Of a stretch of 64,000 bases of DNA, positions 22,834 to 33,325 are shown piece after piece (the first letter of the stretch is position 1; the number at the start of each line of letters is the position of its first letter). Both the position numbers and the translations under genes were made by a program. The DNA is from Bernardetia sp. MNP-M8 (lineage in GTDB: Bacteria; Bacteroidota; Bacteroidia; Cytophagales; Bernardetiaceae): contig NZ_CP147012.1 of NCBI RefSeq assembly GCF_037126285.1, forward strand, positions 3,180,676 through 3,244,675, written 5' to 3'. Under the pieces are notes generated by a model. That model was not told where the DNA came from and did no database searches. It saw only the letters and a program-made list of their open reading frames with translations.

Positions 22834-23192
22834 TAAAGAGGGATAAAATTAAATTGTAAATTGAATTTGTGCATTAGAACATCTAAAATTCTAATTTTTT
22901 ATGACAATTCAAACAAAAATTTTATTTTTCTTGTAAAAAGAAGTGAATTATATGGATTTGTGAGTATTTTTAAATAAAAACGTCAATTGTATTTTGTAAT
23001 ATATAGAGTTGAAAAAAATATAAATTATTCTGATACAGAAAACTCTTATTACCAATAAATGGTGGTGTTGTAAAAATTATGATAAGTTAGGCATTGTGGT
23101 CAGTTTGTTAAGGTCGGATTTGTAAATTCTTCTTTTTACAAAAAATGTCGCCTTTTTTAGCGTAATGACACTAATAAATTAAATGCACATAA

Positions 23193-23310
23193 ATAATTAA
23201 CTGAGCAAAATAAAACATATCTAAGAAAAAAATTAGAAAGTGGAAGTTTAAACTGTCAATACACCTTTGAGATGTCAGACAGATTCCATTTGTATATAAA
23301 TAATTTTGCT
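23193..23310. repeat. roughly 118-nt element bounded by 14-15 bp inverted repeats (MITE-like or long-range RNA stem)
   Basis: taactgagcaaaat at 23197-23210 and its reverse complement attttgctcagtta at 23294-23307. An inner IR ctgtc..gacag is also present. Confidence 0.35.
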
Positions 23311-23504
23311 CAGTTACTTAATATGATTTGATTTTAGTTTTTATAAAGTATTTTTTTAGTTTGGTGTTTAAAGCAAATATATCTTTTTTAGAAAAAACGT
23401 TTTATAGAATCTTGGTTTGAATCAGTTTTTTAAAATAAAAAATTCATTTGTTTCACAACAATTTATTAAATTGCTACTTCATTTAAACATTATAAAAAAA
23501 CACT

Positions 23505-24530
23505 ATGTCGACAGAACAGATTATTCTATTTAGTATTCTCGGTATAATCGTATTAGGACTTGCCTATGTTATCCGAACCTACATTCCCGTTAATTTATGG
23601 ATTACAGCTATTTTCTCAGGAGTTCGTTTGGGTTTATTAGAGCTAGTAGCGATGCGAATCAGAAATGTTCGTCCACGTAAAATTGTTTTGCCTCTTATTA
23701 ATGCTAGTAAAGCAGGATTAAAAGAAATTACAGCCTCTGACCTAGAAACCCACTTTTTGGCTGGTGGTAGCGTTGAAGAAGTTGTAAAAGCATTGATTGC
23801 AGCCGATAAAGCAAATATTGATTTGAGTTTTAAACAAGCTGCTGCAATTGATTTGGCAGGTAGAGATGTTTCAGAAGCTGTTCAAATCTCTGTTAATCCA
23901 AAAGTAATTACCACTAATGCAGTTACTTCGGTAGCACAAGATGGTATTCAACTGATCACAAAAGCTCGTGTTACACTTCGTGCAAATATTGCTCAACTTG
24001 TTGGTGGTGCAGGTGAAGAAACTATTTTGGCTCGTGTTGGTGAGGGTATTGTAACAGCAGTAGGTTCTTCTCACTCTCATAAAGATGTTTTAGAAAATCC
24101 TGATAGAATATCAAAATTGGTTTTAGAAAAAGGATTGGATGCAGGAACAGCATTTGAAATTTTGTCTATTGATATTGCAGATATTGACGTAGGAGAAAAT
24201 ATTGGTGCAAAACTTCAAATCGAACAAGCGAACGCAGACCTTAGAGTTGCCGAAGCAAAAGCCGAAGAAAGAAGAGCAATGGCGATTGCAGTAGAGCAAG
24301 AAATGAAAGCAAAAGCACAAGCATCAAGAGCAAAAGTAATTGAAGCAGAAGCAGAAGTTCCGAAAGCACTTTCAGAAGCCTTACGAAATGGTAACTTTGG
24401 AATTATGGATTATCAAAGACTTCGAAATATGCAAGCCGATACACTTATGCGAGAGTCAATAGCCAATCCAGAAGAGCAACCTCAAAAGCGTAGAAATGAT
24501 GATGATAGTTACAATCCTCCAAGAATCTAA
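23505..24530 (+). CDS. floA: flotillin-like protein FloA (UPF0365/YqfA family)
   Basis: N-terminal TM, then [38 protein letters not shown]. The length of about 340 aa fits. Confidence 0.8.
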   Translation: MSTEQIILFSILGIIVLGLAYVIRTYIPVNLWITAIFSGVRLGLLELVAMRIRNVRPRKIVLPLINASKAGLKEITASDLETHFLAGGSVEEVVKALIAADKANIDLSFKQAAAIDLAGRDVSEAVQISVNPKVITTNAVTSVAQDGIQLITKARVTLRANIAQLVGGAGEETILARVGEGIVTAVGSSHSHKDVLENPDRISKLVLEKGLDAGTAFEILSIDIADIDVGENIGAKLQIEQANADLRVAEAKAEERRAMAIAVEQEMKAKAQASRAKVIEAEAEVPKALSEALRNGNFGIMDYQRLRNMQADTLMRESIANPEEQPQKRRNDDDSYNPPRI

Positions 24531-24548
24531 AAAAATATGTAATGCAAA

Positions 24549-24585
24549 AATCCTATTTTCAGAAATGATGATAGGATTTTTTTTA
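24549..24585 (+). terminator. rho-independent terminator after floA
   Basis: aaaatcctattttcagaaatgatgataggatttttttt. Confidence 0.6.
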
Positions 24586-24754
24586 TGCTCATTATTTTGA
24601 GTTTTTTATCGAAAAGTAAGCCTGAATTGGACTAACTAATTTGATAATCAACAAAAAATTAGTATTATTGAATAGAATGATTTGCAGTTTTAGAGCTTAA
24701 GTTTCTGTCTACTAATATATAAAGAATAGATTGTAAGAACAATTACTTATTAAA

Positions 24755-27700
24755 ATGATAAATAGAGTATATTATATTAATTTTTTTACAGCTATTATAT
24801 TGTACTGCTGTCTGTCTGTAGTTTCTTATGCACAGCCACAGCTCAATACGACTGCCCAACAAGGACTTTTGCCTGATAAAAGTCTTACTCAATATATTCT
24901 TACCAACTGGACAACAGCCGAAGGATTGCCTTCAAATACAACAAATTACATTATTCAAGATGATATAGGTTTTATTTGGGTAACAGGATATGATGGACTA
25001 GTCAAGTTTGATGGCGCAAACTTTCAGACTTATACTAACTCTACTAATCCTGAATTTAATACCAATAGTTTTACAGCAATAGAAGTAGAATCAAATGAAA
25101 GTGGCAAAGAATCAGAAATTTGGATAGGCTCAGAAGGAAATGGACTTGTACACTATAAAAACCGTCAAATTGAATCTTTATTTGATACTTTATCCGTACG
25201 TATAGAAGCTATTTTTATAGAGAAAAGTAGAAATAATAAACCCAAACGAATTTGGTTAGGAACAAGAGGGAAAGGAATTTTTTTTGTAGAAAATGAAAAG
25301 TTAATAAAATGGGAAGGAATAACAGATGTAACAGGAGTTGTAACAGACTATAAGAATACTACTGTCAAAAAAATTGAAGGTGATCAACAAGGAAATATCT
25401 ATTTTGCCATTACTGGAGTAGGGTTAGTTCATTTTGATGGTAAAAAAGTAAAAGAATTTACTCAAAAAGAGGGTTTACCTACCAATAATGTCACTGAAAT
25501 TTTATACGAAGAAAATTATAAAAATCCGAAATTGTATATCGGAACGACCGAAGGAATTGCTATTATAGAAAATAACCAAGTCGAAACACTAGAAATTGCT
25601 TCTCAAGATTATATCAATTCTATGTATATAGATAATTTTAGTAGCCTTTGGATAGGAACGAATAATGGATTAATTAGAGTTACCCAAGATGAAAAAATAG
25701 AGAGATTGAATGAAGAAAATGGATTGCCTCATAATATTGTACGCAAAGTTATTCAGGATAAAGAAAAAAATATTTGGCTTACTTGTTACAAAGGAGGAAT
25801 TGTTCAACTTAAACAAGGAAAGTTTACAAACTATACCACAGAGGATGGATTTACGAATAACTCTATAAATGTATTAGAAGTTTTTGACGAAAATACTATT
25901 CTAGTAGGAGCAGACTTTCCACAACTCAATCTTATTCATAAAGGCAATGCTATGGCTTTTAAGTATCCTATCAAAAACCTAAAAGCTCGTATAAAGGCAA
26001 TTCAAAAGGCGCATGATGGTTCTGTTTGGATAGGTTCTGATAACGGAGTTGTGCAACTTCAAAAATTTGATCCATTAGCCAAAATACCCTATACAAAAGA
26101 AGTATTTTACAATGAAAAAAATGGACTTTCAAGTAATATTATCAGAACTATTTTTGAAGATACAAATCATAATATATGGATAGGAACACGAACAGGAGGT
26201 ATTACGATAATTTCTCCATCAGGTGAAATTTCTTATCACAATACAGAAACAGGTTTTCCTTCCAATTTTATAATGTCCATCAACCAAGATAAAGACGGAA
26301 TTATTTGGGTAGGAACAAATAATGCAGGTATCATAAAATTAAAAGAAAAAAAGCAAATAGAGCATCTTCTAACCGAACAAGGATTAGTGAGTGAACTTAT
26401 CTTTAGCACCTATATTGATGAAGAAAATACTGTTTGGGCAACATCTACACAAGGTATTAGTAAAATAAAAAACGGTAAGTTTACAAATTTTACTGCCAAA
26501 AATGGACTTCCTTTTTCAAGTGTTTTTGATATCTTAGAAGATAAATCTGGTAACTTTTGGTGTACAACAAGTCAAGGGGTTTTCGTAATTGCCAAAAAAG
26601 ACTTTGAAAAAATTACTACAGGAGAAATTGATAAACTTCCATTCGAACTTTTTAATAAAAGTGATGGAATGAAAGAAAATCAATGCTCGGGAGCTGCATT
26701 TTCATTAAAAACTTCAGATGAACATTTTTGGTTTCCTACAGTGGGTGGGGTTGCTTCTATTGACCCAAGTTCTATTCCGATGAATCAAACACCTCCTAAT
26801 ATAGTTATCAATAAAATGACGGTAGATGGAAAATCTATAGTCAATAACAAAGAACTTATCATACTTCCAGCAGGTACACAACGTATTATTTTTGACTATT
26901 CAGGACTTAGTTTTGTACGTCCTTCTGATGTAAAATTTAGATATAAAATGGAAGGTGTAGATAAAGATTGGATTTTAGCAGAAGAAGAAAGAAAAGCTAC
27001 TTATACAAGTCTTCCTCCTAAAAAATATACTTTTAAAGTAGAAGCATATAATGAAGAGGGACTAAAAAGTGAGGAAGTAGCTTCTCTTAGATTCGAAATA
27101 AAACCTCTGTTATATCAAACTATAACCTTTAAAATAGCTATATTTGTTCTGTTCATTCTTATTTTATATTTTGTTTATAGATGGAGAGTACAACGAATAG
27201 AAATAAGAAATCAAAAACTAGAAAAAACTGTAGAACAACGAACGGCTGAAATCAACCAACAAAAAGAGGAAATACAAGTCCAACACGAAAGGTTAGAAAG
27301 CTCATATAAGAATATTGATTTAGTAAGTAAAATAGGACAACAAGTTACAGCAGAACTAGACATCGAAATCATAATACAAACTATTTATACACAAGTAACT
27401 AACCTAATGCCTACTGATGGTTTTGGAATTGGTATTTATAATGAATTCAATAATACATTAGACTTTAAATATTATATAGAAAAAGGAGAGTTACAACCTA
27501 GCTCGTCAGATTCTTTGGAAGATAATACACTTTTGTCTGTAAAATCTTTTAATGAAAAAGAAGAGATTTGGATAAATGACATGGAGAGTAAGTACAAGCA
27601 TTATAAAGAAATCAAAGAAATTAGACAAGACGATTTGACGAGTTCTTTAATCTATGTTCCTTTATTTCTTAATAGCAAACCAGCAGGAGTTCTTACTGTA

Positions 27701-28585
27701 CAAAGTTTTGAGAAAAACGCATACACTCCAGAATCTGTTTCTGTTTTGAGAGCTTTAGCATCTTATATTACTATTGCACTTTCGAACGCAAAATCTTTTT
27801 CTACTATCCAAAAAAAGAATCAAGAAATTACTGACAGCATTCGTTATGCTCAAACAATCCAACACGCAGTTTTACCTGCAAAAGAAAAATTAGACGAAAT
27901 TTTGGGTGCAAATTTTCTTATTTATATGCCAAAAGATGTAGTAAGTGGTGATTTTTACTGGCTAAGTCATACACCTAGAGGTATCTATTTAGTTGTCTCA
28001 GATTGTACAGGACATGGCGTTCCAGGGGCATTTATGGCAATGATAGGCATTTCAGTTTTTAATGAACTCATCAATCTTCAAAAGATAGAAGAACCTGTCG
28101 ATATTTTAGAGAAATTAGACCAAGAAATACAAATTGCTCTACAACAACAACAAGCAAAAAATAGCGATGGAATGGATTTAGTGCTTTGTAGAATAGAGAA
28201 TCTGCAAAATGATGGAAAAACAAAAGTTACTTTTGCAGGCGCAAAAAATAGTTTATTTTATACCAAGACCGATAAAATAAAAAGACTAAAAGGAAGCAGA
28301 CGTTCTATTGGAGGACGAAGAAACAAAAGCAATAAAAGACCTTTCACTCAAACTTCCTTAGAATTAGAAAAAGGAGAAATATTATATTTAACAACAGATG
28401 GATATATCGATCAAAATGCTCCCAATGAACAACGCATAGGTACTCAAGCATTTATGGAAAGATTAGAGAGTCTACAACATTTACCTCTATCAGAACAGAA
28501 AGAAGTATTACTAGAAACCTTAAAAGATTTTCAAAAAAATGCACCTCAGAGAGATGATATAGCTATTATAGGAGTGAAAATATAA
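24755..28585 (+). CDS. large sensor: signal peptide, two-component-regulator beta-propeller repeats, Y_Y_Y, TM, coiled coil, GAF, and a PP2C/SpoIIE-type Ser/Thr phosphatase
   Basis: Repeated W[IL]GT..GL propeller blades, a TM at about aa 790, and the GAF-like middle region. The C-terminal PP2C block VVSGDFYWL...VSDCTGHGVPGAFM...DGMDLVLCRIE...TDGYIDQ is also present. It is a paralog of 61439..64000 (-). Confidence 0.8.
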   Translation: MINRVYYINFFTAIILYCCLSVVSYAQPQLNTTAQQGLLPDKSLTQYILTNWTTAEGLPSNTTNYIIQDDIGFIWVTGYDGLVKFDGANFQTYTNSTNPEFNTNSFTAIEVESNESGKESEIWIGSEGNGLVHYKNRQIESLFDTLSVRIEAIFIEKSRNNKPKRIWLGTRGKGIFFVENEKLIKWEGITDVTGVVTDYKNTTVKKIEGDQQGNIYFAITGVGLVHFDGKKVKEFTQKEGLPTNNVTEILYEENYKNPKLYIGTTEGIAIIENNQVETLEIASQDYINSMYIDNFSSLWIGTNNGLIRVTQDEKIERLNEENGLPHNIVRKVIQDKEKNIWLTCYKGGIVQLKQGKFTNYTTEDGFTNNSINVLEVFDENTILVGADFPQLNLIHKGNAMAFKYPIKNLKARIKAIQKAHDGSVWIGSDNGVVQLQKFDPLAKIPYTKEVFYNEKNGLSSNIIRTIFEDTNHNIWIGTRTGGITIISPSGEISYHNTETGFPSNFIMSINQDKDGIIWVGTNNAGIIKLKEKKQIEHLLTEQGLVSELIFSTYIDEENTVWATSTQGISKIKNGKFTNFTAKNGLPFSSVFDILEDKSGNFWCTTSQGVFVIAKKDFEKITTGEIDKLPFELFNKSDGMKENQCSGAAFSLKTSDEHFWFPTVGGVASIDPSSIPMNQTPPNIVINKMTVDGKSIVNNKELIILPAGTQRIIFDYSGLSFVRPSDVKFRYKMEGVDKDWILAEEERKATYTSLPPKKYTFKVEAYNEEGLKSEEVASLRFEIKPLLYQTITFKIAIFVLFILILYFVYRWRVQRIEIRNQKLEKTVEQRTAEINQQKEEIQVQHERLESSYKNIDLVSKIGQQVTAELDIEIIIQTIYTQVTNLMPTDGFGIGIYNEFNNTLDFKYYIEKGELQPSSSDSLEDNTLLSVKSFNEKEEIWINDMESKYKHYKEIKEIRQDDLTSSLIYVPLFLNSKPAGVLTVQSFEKNAYTPESVSVLRALASYITIALSNAKSFSTIQKKNQEITDSIRYAQTIQHAVLPAKEKLDEILGANFLIYMPKDVVSGDFYWLSHTPRGIYLVVSDCTGHGVPGAFMAMIGISVFNELINLQKIEEPVDILEKLDQEIQIALQQQQAKNSDGMDLVLCRIENLQNDGKTKVTFAGAKNSLFYTKTDKIKRLKGSRRSIGGRRNKSNKRPFTQTSLELEKGEILYLTTDGYIDQNAPNEQRIGTQAFMERLESLQHLPLSEQKEVLLETLKDFQKNAPQRDDIAIIGVKI

Positions 28586-28701
28586 TTCTATTTTATAAAA
28601 GTTGTTTAAGAGTAGGTTTGATGTATTTATTCGGTAGCATGACTACACTAAAACATCAAAAATGACCATGAATTTTCATTGAAAATAAATAATATGAAGC
28701 T

Positions 28702-29268
28702 ATGTGTAAACCAAAATCAGGAATTATATTTTGTACTTGTGAACATGAGAAAATTGATTCAGATATATCGTCTAATGTTAATTGGACTTTATATCGACAC
28801 ATTAAAGAAATTTTAGATGTACAAGAAAGTATAGTGATGGGTGTAGCTCTTATGTCTCAAGATATGCTTGAAGAAGGTCTAACTATTAATGGTGTACTTG
28901 AATGTTTGAATAATTCACATGCTTTCGATTTTGATTATCAACCTAAACAGGAAGATATTCTATGCTTGACTAAGAGAGAAGGAAAGTATGGAAAATCTAT
29001 GTTTTTTTGTTATGAAAGTTCTTCTTGGAAATCATATGATGGTGGTTTTTATGATTATATAGATATGACTGCTGGATATATTGGTAATTTGGATAAGAAC
29101 TCTGATTCTAACTTGAGTATAAAAAAATTACCTTGGACAGATAATGAGCTAATAGAAAAGGCTAAAGAACACATAAAAGAAAAAGAGCATCCTTTTACAG
29201 AACCAGCTCCCCCTCTTCCAAAGTTTAATATAAAGCGATTATTTAGACTTTTAGGAATCAATAGGTAA
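28702..29268 (+). CDS. hypothetical protein
   Basis: A single clean ORF in an otherwise empty gap, with no recognisable motif. Confidence 0.4.
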   Translation: MCKPKSGIIFCTCEHEKIDSDISSNVNWTLYRHIKEILDVQESIVMGVALMSQDMLEEGLTINGVLECLNNSHAFDFDYQPKQEDILCLTKREGKYGKSMFFCYESSSWKSYDGGFYDYIDMTAGYIGNLDKNSDSNLSIKKLPWTDNELIEKAKEHIKEKEHPFTEPAPPLPKFNIKRLFRLLGINR

Positions 29269-29331
29269 GCTATAATTCCAATGCTTTTCTTACCAATAAT
29301 AGTATCCTTTATTAGATTCTAAATTTAATTT

Positions 29332-30393
29332 TTACATCTCAAAATATTTTCTCCAAGTAGAAAAAGCAGGACGTTCTTTTCCAGTTTCATCCAAAAGACC
29401 TGTATCTCTCCAAATACTTCCTAAATCTTGGCTTTCTTTTGGAAAATAAGCTAACAGTTTGTCATAATCTCTATGCGCCCACCAAATTACAAATTCATAA
29501 TTATTGGTTTGAGCATTTTCTAAAAGAGTTTCTAAATAAACATTTTGTTCGACTTCTGACGAAGGAATAAACAAGTTATTCAGATTGGGAATATACAAAT
29601 CTTGTGCTAAAGCATTTGTTTCTACAAAAGCGATAGACTTAGAAGTTTGAGTGTGTAAAAAATCAAATGCACCTTGAAACTCTGCCTTTGTATGTTTTTG
29701 CATCACAAAAGCATAAAAACTAATCGCCAAAAAATCTGATTTTTCACTTTGTGTACGAACATCATTTATAAAATCCGTTGATTGTTGATACCAAGTATGT
29801 AAAGTAAACGATTCGGTTAATTTGAGAGTAGGATATTTTGACTTCAAACGAACTCTTAATTTATCTGATAAAAGTTTGTATTCATTCCATTTACTCGGAT
29901 TAGAACGTTTCAATTCATTTACTTCCATTGCCATTACCAAATAATCTGGTGAAAAGCGATCTACCAAATATTCCAAATAACGAAAATAAGCATTTTCTAT
30001 ATGTTCATCAGTTAAGGAATTGTAAATCGGAATTTGTTCATTATATCCCTCTTTTAAATCATTTCTAAAATCATTTAATAAACTTACAGAAAGCAGAAGT
30101 TGATGACTATTTATTTTTCGGCTAATCTTCCCATCTATATTTTCTACAAATTCAGTAGGAAAATCAGTTTGATTTAAAAGTGATTCCCAAGGAATTTTAT
30201 TGTCTATCTGTTCGGAATAAATATCGGCATTTTGTTCTATAAATAAGTACGTAGAATTTACAGCTTCCATACTAAAATCATAAGGAAAGGTAGTAAAACC
30301 CATTTTATAGTTACGTTTTTCTACTACAAGATCTTCTTTTGTACACGAAAAAAAGGAGAGAATAATTAAAATTAAATACAGATAATTTTTCAT
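29332..30393 (-). CDS. hypothetical lipoprotein (possibly a glycoside-hydrolase-like TIM barrel)
   Basis: MKNYLYLILIILSFFSC lipobox. The mature protein is rich in aromatic residues. Confidence 0.45.
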   Translation of the reverse strand: MKNYLYLILIILSFFSCTKEDLVVEKRNYKMGFTTFPYDFSMEAVNSTYLFIEQNADIYSEQIDNKIPWESLLNQTDFPTEFVENIDGKISRKINSHQLLLSVSLLNDFRNDLKEGYNEQIPIYNSLTDEHIENAYFRYLEYLVDRFSPDYLVMAMEVNELKRSNPSKWNEYKLLSDKLRVRLKSKYPTLKLTESFTLHTWYQQSTDFINDVRTQSEKSDFLAISFYAFVMQKHTKAEFQGAFDFLHTQTSKSIAFVETNALAQDLYIPNLNNLFIPSSEVEQNVYLETLLENAQTNNYEFVIWWAHRDYDKLLAYFPKESQDLGSIWRDTGLLDETGKERPAFSTWRKYFEM

Positions 30394-30766
30394 AAGGACA
30401 GGAGTTTAGGAAATTACGACCTATTAAAGCAGCGAAGCTAATTAAAAATTACAAATTTAATTCATTTATTATCAGCCAATTGTATGTTTGAAAATAGCAG
30501 CTTATTTAACTCTTCTTCCTTAGTCAAACAAATAGAACTAATTTTTTTAAATTAAAACAAAAATGCTGCTACTTTAAAAAAAATGAAACCTTTATTTATA
30601 AAGTAGCGTTAAGGAATATAAATATCTTATTGTATTTTTTACACTAACTAGGCTTATCCTTTGTAAAATTCTGATTTATTCTTATTTTGAGGAAGAATTT
30701 TATCACAAAGTATTCTATTCATAACCATCAAATTTATCTATCATTTTAACTTAACACCAATAACTT

Positions 30767-33235
30767 ATGTCTGACGTAAACCGAGAACGAGATTTAGTTT
30801 TAGCTCCTAATGAATACGCTTTTATTTCTGACCAAACAAAAGGAAACATAAATGTTTATGTAGGTCCTTACAAGACCAGTCTTGCCAATACTGACCGTCC
30901 TGTTATGTTTGACCCTGCTACAAAGCGTTTCGAAAAATGCAATTTAGAGGATTCTATGCGCTCTTTTATTATTGCTCCTGAAGGATGGTATGTAGTATTA
31001 AAAAATCCTTCAAAGGACACAAATCCTCCAAAGATTGGAACAAGTAATAATTTGGCAGAACTCAATGTAGGACGAAAAGTAAATATTGCAGGACCTATTT
31101 CTTTTGCGCTTTGGGCAGGACAAATGGCACGAGTTATTCGTGGGCATAATCTGAGTTCGAATCAATATTTGTTAGTTCGCATTTATGATGAAGAACAGGC
31201 ACGAGCAAATTGGGGAAAATCAGTCATCAAGACAAAAGAAGGAGAAGCAAATGAGGCAAAAGAACTAAACGAAGTAGCAGAAACCCTAACTATGGGACAA
31301 CTTCTGATTATTCGTGGCGATGAAGTTTCATTTTATATTCCACCAACAGGCATCGAAGTAGTCAGAGATGAGTATGCAGACGACGACGAATATGTACGTG
31401 AAGCAGTAACTTTAGAGCGTTTGGAATATTGTATTTTATTGAATGAAGACGGAAACAAACGCTATATTCAAGGACCAAAAGTAGTCTTCCCTGAACCGAC
31501 AGAGGTTTTTATTCAAAAAAATGGAATGCGAAAATTTAAAGCCATCGAACTCAATGAAATGAGTGGACTTTATATAAAAGTAATTGCGCCTTACAAAGAA
31601 GGAAAAAATGAGTACAAAGAAGGCGACGAACTTTTCATTACAGGAAAAGATCAAATGATTTATTATCCTCGTCCAGAACATGCCATTGTTCGTTACGGAA
31701 CAAAAGAACGCCATTATGCCATTGCGATTCCAGCAGGAGAAGGACGTTATTATTTGAATAGAAAAACAGGAACAGTTGCCCTTATGAAGGGTGCAGCAAT
31801 GTTTTTACCTGACCCTAGAGAATTTGTTTTGGTGCGTCGTGTACTTTCCAAAAAACAAACTTCGCTATGGTTTCCAAATAATAATGAAGCCTTAGAATAT
31901 AATTTAGCCTTACAAAATATTGCCAAAAATGATAATTTTGTAACTGATTTTGAAGTTCAAGAACAAAATCAAGCTCCTCAACAGTCTCAACAACTACGTA
32001 AGAAAGCAAAAATTTCAGATGAAATGGTAGGTGATGAGTTTAATCGTGATAATACGCACACGCCACCTCGCATGATTACATTAGATACAAAATATGAAGG
32101 AGCTGTTACGATTGCACCTTGGACAGGTTATGCTGTTTTGGTGGTCAGCAAGACTGGAAAACGAAAGGTTATTGAAGGTCCTCAATCCTATTTATTAGAA
32201 TATGATGAAGAATTGGAAGGAATTGAACTTTCAACAGGAACTCCAAAAACGACAGATAATTCTATTAAAACTGTTTATTTGAGAGTTTTGTACAATAAAG
32301 TTTCTGATGAAATAATGGCAGAATCAGCAGATTATACACAAGTAAGAATTCATCTTTCGTATCGTGTCAATTTTGAAGGAAGTTCGGATAAATGGTTCAA
32401 TGTAGAAAATTATGTCAAATTTTTGACAGACCACATGCGTTCGTATATTCGAAATACAGTCAGAAGATACCCAATTATGGAATTTTATGCCAATGGAATT
32501 ACTATTTTGAGAGATGCTATTTTGGGAGAATCAGATAAGAAAACAGGAAAACGAACAGGACGACTTTTTGAAGAAAATGGAATGCGTATTTATGACGTAG
32601 AAATTTTGGATATAAGTTTGGGAGATGCAAACATTGAAAATTTATTGATTTCTTCGCAGCAAGATACTGTTATGCAAACGTTGCGTATCAATTCTGAAAA
32701 AAGAAAACTAGAATTTACACAAGAAAGCGAAGCCATTACAAGACAAATTGCTGCTACACAATCCGAAACAAAACAGACCATTTATGAGCTTCAAAAACAA
32801 GAAACTCAAAAACTCTTAGAAGTAACTCTTACTAAAATTGAAAGCGAAATAATTAGTAAAGAACGTCATTTACAAGCACGATTAGACGAACAAAAATCAC
32901 TTAATCAAATCAATGATGACGAGCTTTCAAGACAAAAAGCTGTCAATAATGTAGAGTTAGAAAAAGCACAAAAAGAATTAGAACAGTTTATTTTGGAAGA
33001 GCAAACCGAAGTAGAAGCCGTTGTAGCAAAAGCAAAAGCCGTTTCTCCAGATTTGATTGCAGCTTTACAATCTTTCTCTGATAAAGAATTGGCTCAAAAA
33101 ATGGCAGATTCTATGGCTCCATTGGCTATTTTGGGAGGAAAATCAATCGCTGATGTCTTTGGAAATCTTTTGAAAGGAACGCAATTAAGTAGCGTTTTGA
33201 GTGGATTGAAATTGCCTGAGAATACGGAAGAGTAA
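30767..33235 (+). CDS. major vault protein (MVP) homolog
   Basis: The N-terminus LVLAPNEYAFISDQTKGNINVYVGPYKTSLANTDRPVMFDP parallels eukaryotic MVP [41 protein letters not shown]. Repeated units of about 55 aa (GD/GE..W.. beta repeats), a shoulder-like region, and a C-terminal coiled coil rich in Q/E/K (cap-helix-like). The 822 aa length is close to the 860-890 aa of eukaryotic MVPs. Confidence 0.7.
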   Translation: MSDVNRERDLVLAPNEYAFISDQTKGNINVYVGPYKTSLANTDRPVMFDPATKRFEKCNLEDSMRSFIIAPEGWYVVLKNPSKDTNPPKIGTSNNLAELNVGRKVNIAGPISFALWAGQMARVIRGHNLSSNQYLLVRIYDEEQARANWGKSVIKTKEGEANEAKELNEVAETLTMGQLLIIRGDEVSFYIPPTGIEVVRDEYADDDEYVREAVTLERLEYCILLNEDGNKRYIQGPKVVFPEPTEVFIQKNGMRKFKAIELNEMSGLYIKVIAPYKEGKNEYKEGDELFITGKDQMIYYPRPEHAIVRYGTKERHYAIAIPAGEGRYYLNRKTGTVALMKGAAMFLPDPREFVLVRRVLSKKQTSLWFPNNNEALEYNLALQNIAKNDNFVTDFEVQEQNQAPQQSQQLRKKAKISDEMVGDEFNRDNTHTPPRMITLDTKYEGAVTIAPWTGYAVLVVSKTGKRKVIEGPQSYLLEYDEELEGIELSTGTPKTTDNSIKTVYLRVLYNKVSDEIMAESADYTQVRIHLSYRVNFEGSSDKWFNVENYVKFLTDHMRSYIRNTVRRYPIMEFYANGITILRDAILGESDKKTGKRTGRLFEENGMRIYDVEILDISLGDANIENLLISSQQDTVMQTLRINSEKRKLEFTQESEAITRQIAATQSETKQTIYELQKQETQKLLEVTLTKIESEIISKERHLQARLDEQKSLNQINDDELSRQKAVNNVELEKAQKELEQFILEEQTEVEAVVAKAKAVSPDLIAALQSFSDKELAQKMADSMAPLAILGGKSIADVFGNLLKGTQLSSVLSGLKLPENTEE

Positions 33236-33259
33236 TTTTTAATATTTATTAATTTCTAT

Positions 33260-33302
33260 AAAACCATATTTGATTTTTGTCAGATGTGGTTTTATTATTT
33301 TT
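33260..33302 (+). terminator. rho-independent terminator after the MVP-like gene
   Basis: aaaaccatatttgatttttgtcagatgtggttttattattttt is a 10-bp stem (one mismatch) followed by a T-run. Confidence 0.55.
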
Positions 33303-33325
33303 AATCAAAAAAAACATTATACTTT

